Below, piece by piece: positions 39,338-51,900 of a stretch of 64,000 nucleotides of DNA. The translations under genes were made by a program, and so were the position numbers. The DNA is from Geosiphon pyriformis uo1 (Eukaryota > Fungi > Glomeromycota): contig JAAOMT010000128.1 of assembly GCA_016748015.1 (NCBI GenBank), forward strand, positions 2,425,538-2,489,537. Reading direction: 5' to 3'. The notes beneath the pieces are model-generated. The model ran no database searches, was not told where the DNA came from, and was given only the letters and a program-made list of their open reading frames with translations. Position 1 is the stretch's first letter. Each line of letters starts with the position of its first letter.

Positions 39338-40178
39338 TGTTACTCATAGAATAGAGGAAGTACATTATTATTAGCAAGTAGAGATTAGCCAATCAGAAGT
39401 AAATGTAGTAAATGTGGAATTCCAGGATTCCTCTCAGAGGAATTACAAGATTCCAGAAATTTCAGAATTCTCCAGCAAGGAATTGCAGGATTCCAGAATT
39501 CCAGGATTTCTCTCATCAGGAATCATAGGATTTCTGTTACAAGGAATTGAAGAATTAAGGAATCTCAAATATGTATATATAGCAGTAGCATTAGAAGCAG
39601 AAAAAACAGAATCGACACCAAAAATCCTTAGCTTAGTTATCACAATCCTCAAATAAATAATTATTCGCTAGATCAAATTTATTCTTTACTATTAACACTT
39701 TATGTTGATAGTAACTAATACTTAATCATACTAGAACAATAGCTCTTGATCATGGCTATTGACAGGATACTAACTTGTAAAACCACCTTGACTTATTCAT
39801 TATTTTTTTTTATTTCTTTTCTTTATTTTTATTTTTTATTTTATTGTTGTGCACTAATGAGTTGAATAAGGCACTAGATTACTGATGTCAAGAATTGCCT
39901 GGTAAAAGACCCCTGCAAGAGGGTAGGACACATACAGAAGATATGGAATACTTATTAGAAGATTGCTGACCATCACGCCGAGAGAAGAATTGACAGAATT
40001 GCAATTCTGGGAAGCTACAGATAAAACAACTATTGAATCTCTGTTCATTATACAAAGAACTCAAACCAAAACCTTCAGATACAAAACCTTCAGATTATTA
40101 ACATCAATGCAAATAACTTTTAGCACCAAGTTATGGGTTTGTTATTTGATTAGAGACCCCAAATAATCATCTGTAACA
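39338..40178 (+). repeat. Element B 5' LTR
   Basis: tgttactcatag to ctgtaaca; PBS tggtgcttcctgtaagg at 40181. Confidence 0.92.
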
Positions 40179-40239
40179 TATGGTGCTTCCTGTAAGGTAT
40201 AATTCTACAGAGAACCAGTACCAACAATCCCATCTAAAA

Positions 40240-43200
40240 GTGGCAGAATCAGAAAACGTCAAAGCAAACCATCTAAAATTCGTGAAATCCTTATTTCAAT
40301 ATTATTGTTAACATTTGGGATTAACCCATAATTACATATTAGCAGAATCAGCTTTCAATTTCTACATCAACAAAAGGATTGCCTATCTGTTGAGAACATC
40401 TGTGAATATTAAATCAGCAAGAGAAACTTTTTACAACAAATTAATTCAAAACACCAGTCTACCCACAAATCATAATTTCACATCCATCATCACTGAGATC
40501 AACAAAGAAAATGAACACCACACACAACAAAGATACCCAATTACTTACACAAGTAAAGGCAAAGAAAAACTACAAACACCAGCAGTAACATCTTAAAGAA
40601 TACAACCACCCACTTGGAAGAAAACTAGAGTTGAGTCCCCAAACAACCCATCTTACTACTATATCTCTGGAAGTGCCATCAATATATCATTAACAGATGC
40701 ATCTATATCAAATGCAACATCAACATTTGGATGTTTCCCATTTCAAACTAAACAAAAGAAAGAGGATTTACTAGGACCATATGACAAGTATTTTGAAGGA
40801 TTTAAATTTTGATTGCCAACACCATCAGGATTTCGATCACCACCACCTTAACCGAATTTTGGTATTACAAGTTCTTGGAAAATTACTGAATCAGAAGGAG
40901 AACAAGAAGTAGAAAAGAAAGAAGAACCTAAGGATCAAAAATTTATTTACCAAAACTCAATCCTAGAAAACCTAGAAATTGAAACTCTGAACTTTCAAAC
41001 CCAGCCAAATTTAGACAATCAGGAAAATGACACTCCGAATATTTAAACTCCACCAAATCAGAACAATTCAAACCCTAAAGTAATTAATCAACACTTACTT
41101 CCAGTTATCATCATCAATCAACCACTCATTGAACCAATTGGCCAGCCCATCCAACCACAGAACCAACAAAATCAACAACTATTACCAGTACCACCTCAAC
41201 AACAACAACAACTTTCACCACCACAGCAACAACAAATGGCTTACACACCCATCGCAAAATTCGACAAATTCAACAGTGAAGAAAATGAATCCCAAGTCTA
41301 GTTAAATGATGTAGCCAAAGCCATTACAGCCAATAATTGGAATAATACTAGAGCAATGCAAGCAATCTCTTATTTTTTCCAGAATACTACTGTTACCAGA
41401 TGAAATTAGAGATATTATTTAGCATAAAAATACTTTTATAATTCCTATTATTAATTAGCATATATTATCATTTCAAATTATCACTTATTATATTAGCAAA
41501 ATATCCGAAATTATTATTTAATTAATAACCCAATTTGTACATAACACAAATGTAACCTAACTGTGACAATCAATCATGCAATACCCTGAACTATATAACA
41601 TTCAAAAGTTTGCTGAAATTTGTAGAAATTTGCCGAAATAATTAATAGTTCACTGAAATATCTAATAGTTTACAGAAATAACTTGTAGTTTGCTGAAATG
41701 TATCTTTAGTTCAGCAAAATTGTAGAAATAGCAAAAGTTCAAGTTCATGGAATAGTGTTATAACAAGTTGTATAAAAAAAGAGCTTCTCTCTTCAAGAAA
41801 ATATATCTTACTTTAGACTTATTACTTAAAAACCATTCCTATACACACAAAAATGAAATAAATATCAAATAAATTGAAAAACCCAATTCTTAATTATTTC
41901 CCTTAAAATTAATCAATTCCTACTAACAGTTTGAAATTGAGTAGCTACCAATTTCAGTAAACTGTTAAAAACACCTTCAGGCCTGGATCTGAAACGACTT
42001 TAACAAATCAATTTCTCATTCCTTTTTTTTTTTCTTTTTTTTTTCTTTTTTTTTTTTTTTTTTTTTTTTATCATAATTATTAGAGTAGCCTACAGACAAG
42101 AATTCCTATAGAAGAGTTAACTTTCATAGCAAAGTAACTACACATTTTAGTGAGCTTCCAGATGAGTATTTCTTGGAAAAAAGTTGACATTTACTACAAT
42201 ATAACTATACAAAGTAACTGGCACGAAATTGGCTATTCCACTATAAGCCCAGCAGTTCAAATTATAGGAGATAATTTGAAGAGATAAATTCAGTTATCAG
42301 AGGTTCAAGCACTTTCTATAAGCATGAATTAACAGCATTACAACACTTTACAAGAGCTAAGAAGAGACCAAAAACCTCCAATAACACCATTGATACATGG
42401 TATCAAAGCCTTGCTGTCAAACCCCAAAATTTTAATGGATTCAAAACTGAATTCTTGCAGTATTTTAGCAACAATAATAGTATCAACAAATTAACCAACA
42501 TCTTTACAACTATTAGACAAGGAGACACTGAAGCAGTTACTACCTACTTGGGATGTTTCCATAGAAATCTACGCCAAATACAAGCCATTTAAGCTGACTA
42601 TTTCACAGTACCACAGATTTTAAATCAATTTATTAGAGGATTGTGCAATAGCATCCTACAACAAGTATGTCTAATGTATCCAGTGGACCTTCCAACTGCA
42701 GTCACCTATGCCAGAGATTTTGAAGCAGCTAAACTAAAAGCTAATCATGCTCAAGCTGTGAATCTAGCAATGAATGGATCATCTGAATTGGATTCCAAAT
42801 TGAAGCAATTCAGTGATTCAATTAATCAGAAATTAGAGGGATACTTAGCTGACAATTGCATAATTTATCAACCTCCTTAACAGTGTAACAATCAGGAAAA
42901 TGCAAATCATTTCCAAAATCAGTCATGTCTATCGTTGTCATCTAATCAGTCATAACAGCCAGAAATGCGCATCTGTCACAACTGTGATAAACAAGGACAC
43001 ATCAAAGCCAACTGCCATACTTATAGCAATCCACAATCGGGAAATCAATATAAAAACTCTGATTACCAGTTCCAGACTCCAAACCATCAACCAAATCAAG
43101 ACTAATACTAACTCACTTACCTGCCTATGATGTACTAACCAATTTATCAACCACCAGTTTATCAAACTCCAGTTTATCAACCACAGCCACAAGCAATTTA

Positions 43201-44334
43201 TCAGGTGCAGTCACAAGTAATATATCAACCACAGCCACCAACAATCTATCAAACACCCACCATTCAAATACCACCAGCAAACCCAGCTCAAATGACATCA
43301 GAAAACCCAAGATTGAGGATCACCCAAAACTGGAGATTGGTGATGATTGTACATCAACCGATCTCCAGCTCTTCCCACCAACAATCAGGATCTCGTCAAC
43401 AGAATTCAGACACTAGTTCCACCTAAAACCCGAATTCCCAACACTATTTAAGCCTTCTGGTGACTCCAGAAGATGCCACATTCAGCAATCAGGGAATCGA
43501 ACAACAACAACCACCTACCAATAATATCTCATCTGCTACAATCACTAAAAATGAATCTTTGGATGTCATCTTTTCATTTGAACTCGAAAAACCATCAGAT
43601 ATGCCATTATTCAGTGGAGCAGCACTTGAAAAGAAACTAATCACGGCCATGTACACTGATGCCAAGGTCAATGGCCACTCCATCAAATTAATCCTTAACA
43701 GTAGTTCAGTAGGCAGCATTATCACATGACAACTTATGGATCAATTAGGTCACTAAGTTGATCATGCTGCCAGCACCAGAATTATTACTGTGGATGGAGC
43801 CACCAAAATCCCAATTGGCAAAATTGATGACTTTCCAATTAAAGTCAATGGCATTGTAATACCCATCAAAGTTCTGGTGATGGAAGCCATCCAATACTAA
43901 GCTTTAGTTGGTAATGACTGGCTATCCAAAACCAACACCATGCTCAATTGGATAACTCAAGAACTAGTACTCAGCCAGAATGGTCAACACATGTAAGTAC
44001 CAGCAATGTGTGGTCACTTCAAAGCTACCAATACCACAGCACCACTAATTGACTTTGAAGAAAAAAACCAAAACCCATCTGGGAAGCATACCAAGTCTTG
44101 TGGGCCAATATTGATCACAATGAACTGCTGCCAATACTCTTATGGGATAATAACAGAAAGAGTAAACAAAGAAAAGAACCTACCTGGGAGACAGATAATC
44201 TGACCTGAACTGATCACGACAAAAGCAAACCAATAACAAGCTGAATATGGAAGGAAGAGAACACAAAGAGAAAAGAAAAAGAAAAGAAAGAAGAAGTAAC
44301 CACCACCACTCATAACCCCTACACCTACACTATA
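40240..44334 (+). pseudogene. Element B gag-protease (split by solo LTR C, cut by the inversion)
   Basis: MAYTPIAKFDKF; CHNCDKQGHIKANC; MYTDAKVNGHSIKLIL. Confidence 0.9.
41391..42386 (+). mobile_element. Solo LTR C (third, unrelated LTR family)
   Basis: tgttacc to ataaca; B gag resumes across it (QNT.|DTWYQSL); flanks ctac/ccat derivable from ccgc; U3-like repeats, tataaaa near 41771, T-tract. Confidence 0.85.
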
Positions 44335-45397
44335 GACCCAAAGTGGGACAGTCCATTCCACATACATGAAGTGTTAGGAAATGGAGCTTACAAATTACGA
44401 TTGGAAGACAGAATTTTAAAGAAAGTAGCACATAGAAATCAGTTAAAAATTTATCATGTAAAACAGAAATCATAGTCATCAGTATCTCAACTAGAAACAC
44501 AAATTTCATTAATCAGACCAGAAGATATACCACAAAATTTGGAACCAATCATCATTATTGAAACATAGACAATGGGCAGCAAATTAAATTGGGAAATTCA
44601 AATATATATAGCATCCAAAAAGCAGCAAGAAACAATAGAAATTTCAACATGGACCTTTCAGATCAAATTTTAAAATTATCTAAACAATTATTTGAAACAA
44701 TTCAAAAATTGACATCTCAAATAGAAATAACAATTGATAAAAAAAAGATATGATACAAAGATAAGAGCAGGAGAGGAGAAGATGAGAGTTCAATTAGAAC
44801 TAAATGTTTCCTCCCCTACCCACTACCCGAAAGGCAATGTGGAAGAAAAAATTGCCTTTGGGTGGGAGGTGGACAAGAAAGAGGCAAAGAATGAGAAAAA
44901 AGTTACAAAAGAAGATACTTGGTCCCCGAGCTTGAAAAAATAAAAGAAGCTTTAGCTCGTGAGACCAAACTCTCTGAAACAGGGGAGTGGACACCTGACA
45001 ATGCCCAGGAATGGAAAGAAAGACTTCTTCCAGCTTATTGGTTCTACAAAATTGGAGAACAGCTTGACTTAAAAACACCATACAAAGACCTTAGCCAGAA
45101 AATGTTCAACAAAGAAGCAATACAACAAGTAGAAAAATTCATAGAGAAAAACAACTTGACCCTACATTACAAAGCAGCATATTGACTATATGCCACCTTC
45201 CAACATTGCCCAAACATACTACTAAATGGATCTATGAAAACCATAATGGTTAACAGCATAGGACGAATAACCAATCAACAGTTCAAAAACTTACAAAAGA
45301 CAATACTCAAGGCAACAATCGAACATTACATAAACAAAACCACAATAACAGATACATACGGTTTCGCAGAAGCTCAATTTTAAAAAAAGAGGGATAA
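44335..45397 (+). pseudogene. Element D 3' part (inverted): integrase GPF/Y tail, ORF3 (44649-45383), PPT
   Basis: DPKWDSPFHIHEVLGNGAYKLRL continues D integrase KAEKQWSEKF, which breaks at 48942; PPT aaaaaaagagggataa. Confidence 0.88.
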
Positions 45398-46039
45398 TGT
45401 TACCTGAGTAGAAAAACCAATCCAAAGTTATGAAGAAATGTGACCAAAATGTGACATAACACAGAATAATGCGCAATAACATTGGATAATACGTTATAAT
45501 GTAGAATAATGTGTTATAATACAGGATAACACAAAATAGTGTGCAATAACATAGGATAATGTGTTATAACGCAGGATAACACAGAATAACATGTAATAAT
45601 ATCAAATAATGTGTTATAACATAAGATAACTAGTGATAATGTAGAAAAACAAAGCAATAACAGAAACAACAAAGCAATAGTTAGCAATAACGAGACAATT
45701 GAAAGCAATCCTGTAAAACCAAAAGAATGTATAAAAGCAAGTAGTTGTAGAAGTGAAAAAAGACAGACAAGACAGATACGAACCTTTAGACCAAAATTAA
45801 AAATATTCATACCTTTTCATCCTTTATTATCTTCTCTATTTCATCTCCTGAAATAAACCAATTATTAAAAGAAATCAGAATCATGAATTCATGTTTTCAA
45901 ACTTCGTGGAATTTATGTGAATTAACCCTTGTCTCATACCTCCATTCTAGAACAGATGCTCTTAGCATAACTGCCTTGAACCTATTAACAATTTGGACCA
46001 ATCACTCTTGATCACGGTGATTGACGATACTAATTTATC

Positions 46040-46101
<62 letters not shown>

Positions 46102-46506
46102 CTTTTTTTGTCCTATTTTTGTGGAGTGGCAACATGGTAAAATTGACTGTCTGGGAATAGACTTCGTAATAGCCTGGTAAAAAAGGGAAGCTCTCCCTAA
46201 ATTTTGGATATTAACATTATCTTGTTAGCTTACCAGAAGGGCAAAAAGACAATGCCAGACCCTAATGACTGCACTCATTAGCTCAGAGAAAAAAGCTCAC
46301 ATTTACAAAAAACATTACAATCGATGAAAGACAAACTCTGTGTCTTATAACCAAAGAACTCAACAGGTAAAATTCACATCCAGGAATAGACTTTCAGAGA
46401 CTGATAATCAAGACTAAGCCAACAGAATTACGCAGAAGACGTATCATCAATAATTGAGAGTGCCAAACATTACCATTTCCCATACCCACCAAGTTTATCT
46501 GTAACA
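45398..46506 (+). repeat. Element D 3' LTR
   Basis: Reverse-complement match to 55936-57059; tgttacc to gtaaca. Confidence 0.95.
46047..46101 (+). repeat. Poly(T) tract in LTR D (counterpart poly(A) at 56341-56408)
   Basis: About 55 T and about 68 A homopolymers at homologous LTR positions. Confidence 0.95.
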
Positions 46507-48941
46507 TTGTTGTAGTCTTTCGAACACTTGTTGGAAATGATGTAGATAATCATCAAATGTTTTTGAGAACACATTGGTGTCATTCAAGTATACAACTACT
46601 GATTTCCACAATAAGCTAGTATACACAATTTTCATTAGCCATTGGAATGTAGCTGAAGCATTGGTTAAGCCGAATGGCATAACTTCAAACTCAAAGTTTC
46701 CCTCTCTTGTGGTGAACGCTGTTTTTTCTTTGTCAGCTGAATTTATGGCTATTTGCCAGTAACCACTATCCAAGTCTAATATTAAGAACTATTTGTTTTC
46801 ACCAAAAGTGTCAAATAGTTCTTGTATCTGTGGAGTTAAATAGCTGTCTCCACGAGTTACACTATTGAGTTTCTTGTAGTCTACACAAAATCAGATTTTT
46901 CCATTTTTCTTACAGATGAATACTACTGGTGATGACCATAGGCTCATTGAAAGCTGAATTAACTTGTTGTTAAGCATTCAGTTGATTTTTTGACGGATGA
47001 TTTCATGACTGGTTAGTGGTATCTTGTATGCTCACTGTTTAATTGGCATTGTATCTCTAATCTTAATCTGATGCTAGATAATATCAGTTCTGCCAAATTC
47101 ATTTTTACTGGCAAAGATGTTATTGAAATTATTGAGTAATATCTTTAATTGCATTTGTTGAAGTGGGTCTAGATTTCTTATGTTCATCTGTTCCAATTGT
47201 TCTAACTGTAACAGATAACATTCATTTCGTTCATAGATGGTTTGTGATGTAATGTTCACATATCCACAAAGCTGTGGAAAATCTGAAATGCTGCTTGGTG
47301 CTTGATCTTCAATTTCCATGATTAAATATCTGAGAGTGGTTCCTTCCAGTATCTTTACAATATTTCCAGTGTTGTTGTAGATGAGAATTTTGATATGATT
47401 ATGGCTCTTGGCTGGTATGTGTAAATTGATAAGTTCAATTTCTCCTAATTTACAAAGGGTTGCTTCTGCTTCAAAAATTTGTTCTTGTTTCTTTTCTCTC
47501 CTTTCTATTGCTAACATGTATCGGCTATATGGTGGAATGGAAATTGTTTGACCAGTTGAGATAATTTCTCCTTGGCCAATAATTTTTTCCTCCACCATAT
47601 TGACTGATATATTTATTCTATCTGTTGATCCAAATCTCTGTATCCCTCTTGCTGTTATCCTTAATTCTTCTCTATTTCTCATTAACACTAACTGAGCTAT
47701 TTTAACCAGAAGCAGAAATATTGTCTGTGCTATCCTTTCATTTGGCTCTATAACATAGGCCTTTTCTGAGTCATTTTGTAGTATAGCAATGATATTTCCT
47801 ATATATTCTGCATCAATTATTCTTTCTCTGATGTTTATTCCTCTTTTTGCTAAACTACTCTTCAAAACTAGTTGAACCATTGTTGTTGCTGAAATTTCCA
47901 AGACTATTTTGAGATCTATGTAAGTGTGTGAATGTGGTTCCAATTTAATGGCATCTTTTCCTAAATATTTCAGATCAAATCCAGCATTAGTATTGTGTGT
48001 GCATTCTGGCATGATACCTTCATTATTATTGCTGAACCATTTTAGTTTCAATTCTCTGGTGAGGTCAGGAATTGTGATATATTATTCATATTTTAAATCA
48101 GAGTTTGAATCTGAGTTGGAATCGTCATCATCATTATTGTCATATTGGACGGGACTAGAACTGGTGTTTTTGTTATTATCATTGTCAGAGTTTAAATCGG
48201 GATTGAACAGTAATTCTGATTCCAATGTGCAGCTGCTGATTGGTTTTTCCTCTTCTGGGATTGTGTAGATCATGCATGGTGGTAGATTGTAGATGAGATC
48301 ACACTCATTACAATACTCAAAGTCACTGGGAATTAAACAATGACAACACAGTCTTGTATTTAATTGTTCTAGCCATTGCTCTTGCTCTTCCCTAGTGGGA
48401 GCTAATTCTTGGTAGTATTTGTGAAATTGTTCTGAATCTAGAAGGTTTATGACTGGTTCTGAGTTCCAATCAAGTTCTATAGGTTCTGGTGGATTGTTTT
48501 TAACTGTCCTGATTTCTTCTGATAACGTGCCTTCAATTTTGGTAAGTGCCATTTGCCATATTTTGTCATCGTTGTATGGGCAACTGTCTAATTGATGCAC
48601 AATCCTTTTCCAAGCAGCTTCAATTGGTGTCTCTTTCTTAATCCAGTCACTAATAAGAATTGTGTATTGGCATGATTTATCGCATGTTTCTTCTCTCCCA
48701 GGAATGTCGTTTCACATTCTTTTATCGAAGAGAGTTTCTCCACAAGCTAAACATAGTGTATTATCCCATTTTCCCACTCGTTTTGGTTTTCCAAAGTGTT
48801 CAATGAGGCATGCACAGCAATAGAACTTAATTGTCGTCTGGTATTCCTCATTATTGTCACAGCATATGCCCATTGATGACAATTTCTTACTGCAATCAGT
48901 GCATATTAGCTTTGGACGACAATAAGTGGATTGTTGTAGTA
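46507..48941 (-). pseudogene. Element B middle (inverted): Cys-rich domain, dUTPase, RT N-terminal half
   Basis: RLCCHCLIPSDFEYCNECD; AGFDLKY, SSLAKRG, IIDAEYIGNI, ERIAQ, RGIQRFGSTD; DSGYWQI..KTAFTT..MPFGL..YLND. Confidence 0.92.
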
Positions 48942-51900
48942 AAACTTTTCACTCCACTGTTTCTCAGCTTTTGTATAATGTAACAGTACTTGGTCTCTAA
49001 TTTTGAATTCCATTAGTTGTTCTGATAGGTGTTTATCATGTCTTTCTTTTTGTCATTCTTGAGTGTGACTAATATTGTCAGCTGCTGTTCTTCGATTGTT
49101 TTCCAATGTTTCCATTAGCTGGTATGTTCTTTGGTGTAAGGTAGCCTCAAAATTCTCTTCATTGATTGTTTCTGTTGAATATGATGGTATCACTCGTTCA
49201 ATTGGTAATGTAGCTTTTTTTCCATAGACTAGTTCAAACAGTGTGAACTGAGTTGTATTTTGTTTCAATGTTCAGTATGCAAAGAGTACAGAAGGTATGA
49301 ATAAGTCTCATTCTTGTCTGTTTTTATAACTTATTTTTGCTAGTGCTTCACACAGTGTTCTGTTAAATTGTTCTACCAGTCTGTTCGTTTGTGGGTGGTA
49401 TGGTGACAATAAGGGTTTTTTTATTCCAAACCATTGGCTTAGTTCAGTCAGCGTATTATTAACAAAGTGTGTTTCCTAATCAGATAATAATTCTTTTGGA
49501 CATCCATGTTGGCAAATTAGGTCTTAATGCACAAATTTGGTGACTGTTTTGGCATTGGCCACTTGGATTGCTCTGGCTTCTGGCCATTTTGTAAGATAGT
49601 CTATGGCTACAACGATATAGCGATTTCCTTGGGATGTAATTGAAAAAGGTCCAACCAAATCAATCCTAATTCTATCAAATGGATTTCCAACTGGAATGGG
49701 TCGAAATGGTTCTGTTGATCTTGCTCCTCCTCTTCGCTGACATGTGTCACAATTGAGCACATATTCGAAAATGTCTTTGTACATCATTGATCAATAGTAT
49801 AAGTTTAGTGTTCTTTCGAGGGTAGCGTCTTTGTTAAAGTGTCTTGCAGTCAGATTTGAGTGCACGCTATATAGTATAGTTTCTCTTTTACTGTCCTTGA
49901 TTAGTCATTGTGAATTGGAGTGGTTTCAGTGTTCTCATCGATATAGTTGGTTGTCTTGAATAAAATAATTTCGGGCTTGTTTTCATATGGTACTCTGTTT
50001 TTGTTGAGATAATATCTCCTTGAAATGTAGTGTCAATAGGTACTGATGTAGTCATTGATAAGTAAGTGTGTCCATGGGTCTGGGATTAGATTTGTGGCAT
50101 CCTCAACAAACTATTGACATTGGTGTTCTTGGATCCTTCCTTGTAATGAACTTTGAGTGGGAATTGTTGCAGATAAGTACTCCATCTTACATATTTTCCT
50201 TCTAGTTGTGGATTGTTGAGTAACCAAATAAGTCCTTTGTGGTCAGTATATAGATCAAATGGTTGACTGAGGTAATGTTTCCAAGTCTGTATGGCCCAAT
50301 AAATGGTAAGACATTCTAGATCTGTTGTGCTGTAATTCTTTTCTGCTGAGCTAGTGCTGCAACTAGTGTAGGCAACTGGATGTTCTCTATTGTCTGGTCC
50401 TATCTGTGATAAGACTGCTCCTAGAGCATTTTTCAAGATGTCCATAGTGACAATAAACCATTTAGTGAAATCTGGGTAAATCAGGATTGGGAATGTGATC
50501 AATCGCTGCTTGAGATAGTCGAATGCTTTCTGTTGATCTTCCTTCTACAAGTACAGTACGTATTTGGACAACAATTGATGGAGTGGTTTTGCAATGTTCG
50601 AGAAACCTTTGACAAATCGACAATAATATCCTGCTAATCCTAGAAATCCTTGTAATTCTCTGAGATTGATTGGGGCTGGAAAATTCTTGACTTTTTGTAC
50701 TTTATCTGGATCAGGTTTAACTCTGTCCTTGCCGATTACATGTCCTAGGAATTTTAACTCGGTTTTTCCAAAGAAGCACTTCTCGGGATTGAGTTTCAAT
50801 TCAGCACTATGAAGGCGTTTGAAGACTTGTTGTAGGTGGAGCAGATGGTCTTCAAATGTTTTGGAGAACATGTTTGTGTTGTTTAGGTAGACTACTATTG
50901 ATTTCCAAAGGATTCCTTTGTATACTACATCCATCAGGCGTTGAAACATGGCAGGAGCATTACAAAATCCAAAAGGCATTATGTTAAACTCAAAGTTTCC
51001 GTCTCGAGTGGTAAATGCTGTTTTTTCTTTGTCTTTGGGGTCCATTTCAACTTGCCAATAACCACTTGCTAAATCTAATGACGAGAACCATTTCTTTTTC
51101 CCTAGATTGTCTAGAATTTCCTGGATAAAAGGAGTGAGATAATTATCTCCTTGTGTAATATTATTTAGTTTTCGATAATCTACACAGAATTGCACTTTTC
51201 CATTTTTCTTGGTGACCAAGACTACTGGCAAGGACCAAGGGCTTAATGATTCTTTGATTAGGCTGTTATCAAGCATCTGTTGTATTTCTTGTTTAATTAG
51301 GTTATCACCAGATGGGGGTATGCGGTAAGCTTGTTGCTTAATTGGTTGAGCGTCTCTCGTATCAATCTAATGCTTCACAATGTTGGTGTGTTTGAACTCA
51401 TTTTCACTGGCAAAGACATTGGCATACTGATTCAGAAGGACTTTGAGTTGCATTTGTTACAGGGTACTTAAATTTCCTAAATTCAATTTATTGATCTCTT
51501 CTGGTGTGAACAAGTAACTTTTTTTTGGCAAATTTTATACTTGTGAGGTAATGTCACAGAATAAGAATAATTGTGCAAAATCTGAAATGGACTGGAGTTT
51601 TTCAAGATTCTGAATATCTGTGGATATGGAACTGACAAAAGTCCCTTTGGGGATTTCAATGACATCTTCTGTTGGATTGTGGATGGGGATTTTGAAGTGT
51701 TTATAGGCTTTGGCCAGTAGGTATAGATTAGCAACATCGGCTAGGGAACAGATTTTGGGACTGGCTTCAAATAATAGGGCTTGATCTTGGATCTTTCGAT
51801 TCACCTTGAGGATGTATTGTCAATATAGAAAAATGGAGATGATGGTATTGGTGTGGATAAATTCTACCTGGTCACTGTCTTCCTCCATGAAATTAACTGG

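Noticed and set aside
39745-39755. Loop similarity to U1 stem-loop I (GAUCACG) or complementarity to U2 (GAUCAAG)
   Set aside because: Only a 7-nt match; too short to support snRNA mimicry
45514-45810. Hydrophobic, membrane-like ORFs (also 56749-56943) as a possible env
   Set aside because: Antisense readings of the LTR U3 tandem repeats; no support outside family D
47074-48051. Intact stand-alone or domesticated dUTPase gene
   Set aside because: Embedded in pol, with conserved motifs damaged (for example SRSS>LKSS, GG>ER, AGY>AEY)
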